A stretch of DNA of 64,000 bases from Monocercomonoides exilis PA203 (lineage: Eukaryota; Protista; Preaxostyla), in NCBI GenBank assembly GCA_001643675.2, contig LSRY02000037.1:806001-870000 (forward strand), given 5' to 3'. The notes under the pieces are model-generated. The model was not told where the DNA came from. It worked only from the letters and a program-made list of their open reading frames with translations, and did no database searches. A program made the translations under genes and the position numbers. The first letter of the stretch is position 1. Each line of letters begins with the position of its first letter. Below, in pieces: positions 62,276 to 64,000 of this stretch.

Positions 62276-63241
62276 GGGTCAGAAATTTATCAGTACCAAA
62301 AAAATTAATCGGGACCTAAATTTTCTGGCTCTCCAGAGCACTTTTTGAAAAAAATAAATAATAGAAAACTTTCAAAATATTATTATATACTATTCCTGAA
62401 AATATATTTTATTTTTTCAATTTGAGTGAAAAGATCTGGTGTTTTTTGTTTTATTTTTCAGATCAAAGACTTGCTCGTATTTTCACGAGCTTTTTGTTTT
62501 GAGATTTTTAAGTATTGTTATTGTTAATAAACTCAACTTCTTTATAATTTGGGTTATTTTTTGTTATTAAACACTTCGTTTTTTTATCATTTTATCCATT
62601 TCACTAAATTTCGACAAATTGAAGAATACATTTGAATAAATTAGTTTTTTCGTTAATTCAAAAGGGAAAATATGAAAACTATCAATTAACAAAGGTATTC
62701 AAAAGGATGAAAATCTTTAATTTTTTATGATCGTGATTTTTTTACAAAAAAACATGTTTTTATGTATTTTTGCATTTTTTGCTTCAAATCACATTCTTTC
62801 ATTTCAAAATCTTTGTCACGCACATAACAATCATTTTTTCAACTTTTCTCTAACACGAAAATCCATGACAATTTCAAACTCTACTATTGTTTCTAATTTT
62901 GTCAAAAAATCATGAAATGGAAAAAATGATAAAAAAACGAAGTGTTTAACAATGAAAAATAACCAAAAGCATTAATAAGTTCAGATAATTTACAATGATA
63001 TAGCTCAAAACACTTAAAACAAAAAGCTCGTGAAAATATGAGCAAGTCTTTGATCAGAAAAATAAAACAAAAAATTCCAGATCTTTTCACAAAAATTAAA
63101 AAAAATAAAAAATATTTTCTGGAATAGTATATAAAAGTTTAAAAAAGGTTTCCTATTATTTATTTTTTACTGAAAGTGCTCCTGTGAGCCAGAAAATTTA
63201 GGTCCCGATAAAAAAAAGTGGATATGATAAATTACTAACCC
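62276..63241. mobile_element. Non-autonomous foldback/MULE-like element with ~340-bp imperfect TIRs
   Basis: 62276-~62620 is the reverse complement of ~62900-63241 (e.g. ATCGGGACCTAAATTTTCTGGCTC, GATCAAAGACTTGCTC, TTTCACGAGCTTTTTGTTTT). Termini are GGG/CCC; the flanks TAAAAATATA / TATAAATATG are a possible degenerate 9-10 bp TSD. Confidence 0.8.
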
Positions 63242-64000
63242 TATAAATATGAATAATTAATTGTTTGAATCAGACTGTTTTTGAAATAAAAAAAGAAAAA
63301 CGATTCGAAAAATGAAATGAAATAATTGTGAATACTTGATGTTTTATTATTTGATGAAGTCAAATAACACTCCTGCAACAAAGACGTTGTCTAATTTATC
63401 AACTTTTTCTTTATGAACTTTTCATTAAATTGGTTGTTATTGTTTCACTGCGAAATATTTTTTAATCCTTTCCTTCATTAATTTTTTCGATCTGCATTTT
63501 TCAATAACTTCGCATTTTTCATAATTGATAATACTGTGTTGAATTCATTCAAATTATTATGAAACTGACACTTCTTTTTTAAAAAAAGCAACACTTCAAT
63601 AAAAATCTAAAATATAACTCAAAAACAATGAAGTTGGCAAAAATATCTGAAAAATATTTCGAAAAGCAAAATTAATCAAATAATTCCAAGTTGAAATCTT
63701 CCAAACTCATTTTCTTTATTCACACACATTTATAAAGCACTAATCACATTTTTTCATTGAACTTGATTGAGCAAGCTCTGATTTTCTTTTCCGTAATTTT
63801 TGTCGAATATCCATTATTTTCAAGATTCGCACATATTCGTTCTATAACCAAAAAATAAAAACAATTGTAATAATAATTAAAACAAACGTATTCACATTGC
63901 GATTATGAATGATATTTTGACAACATTTCTTTCTTTCTTTCAGAATGAATACTCGATAAAAAACAATTTCATTCTTAAATATTATGTTTCTCACGTTAAA

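Noticed and set aside
1-64000. Genome-wide TAA/TAG=Gln genetic code
   Set aside because: CAF1, HUS1 and the secreted proteins end at TAA, and long conserved ORFs such as XPF have no internal TAR codons.
1-64000. CRISPR arrays, tRNA or rRNA genes, telomeric repeats
   Set aside because: No repeat-spacer periodicity, cloverleaf, rRNA-like or TTAGGG arrays seen by eye; a covariance-model scan was not possible.

Overview
AT-rich eukaryotic nuclear DNA with short spliceosomal introns, standard genetic code (conserved genes end in TAA/TGA) and proteins inflated by poly-Ser/poly-Glu tracts. Intron style, low-complexity tracts and two lineage-type multigene families suggest an oxymonad such as Monocercomonoides; this is an inference and was not verified. 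The left ~29 kb is a compact housekeeping block: SERRATE/Ars2, CAF1 deadenylase, HUS1, XPF/Rad1, a small secreted MRH-like protein, a Gly/Cys/Asn-rich secreted protein, a Gln-rich coiled-coil protein and an intron-containing RsmH/MraW (METTL15-family) rRNA methyltransferase. The RsmH has no organellar presequence and carries an acidic plus RGG tail, making it the best candidate for a new system: a bacterial-type m4C writer possibly repurposed for nucleolar/cytosolic ribosomes. The right ~35 kb is an accessory compartment. It holds a Merlin/IS1595-like element with TIRs and an 8-bp TSD, a pogo-like element with TIRs and a TA TSD, a giant receptor-like pseudokinase gene with one nonsense codon, and a ~1 kb foldback element. 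It also holds a nested stack in which a 9.1 kb cargo-carrying hAT element (21-bp TIRs, perfect 8-bp TSD) splits a second Merlin transposase next to a truncated pogo.
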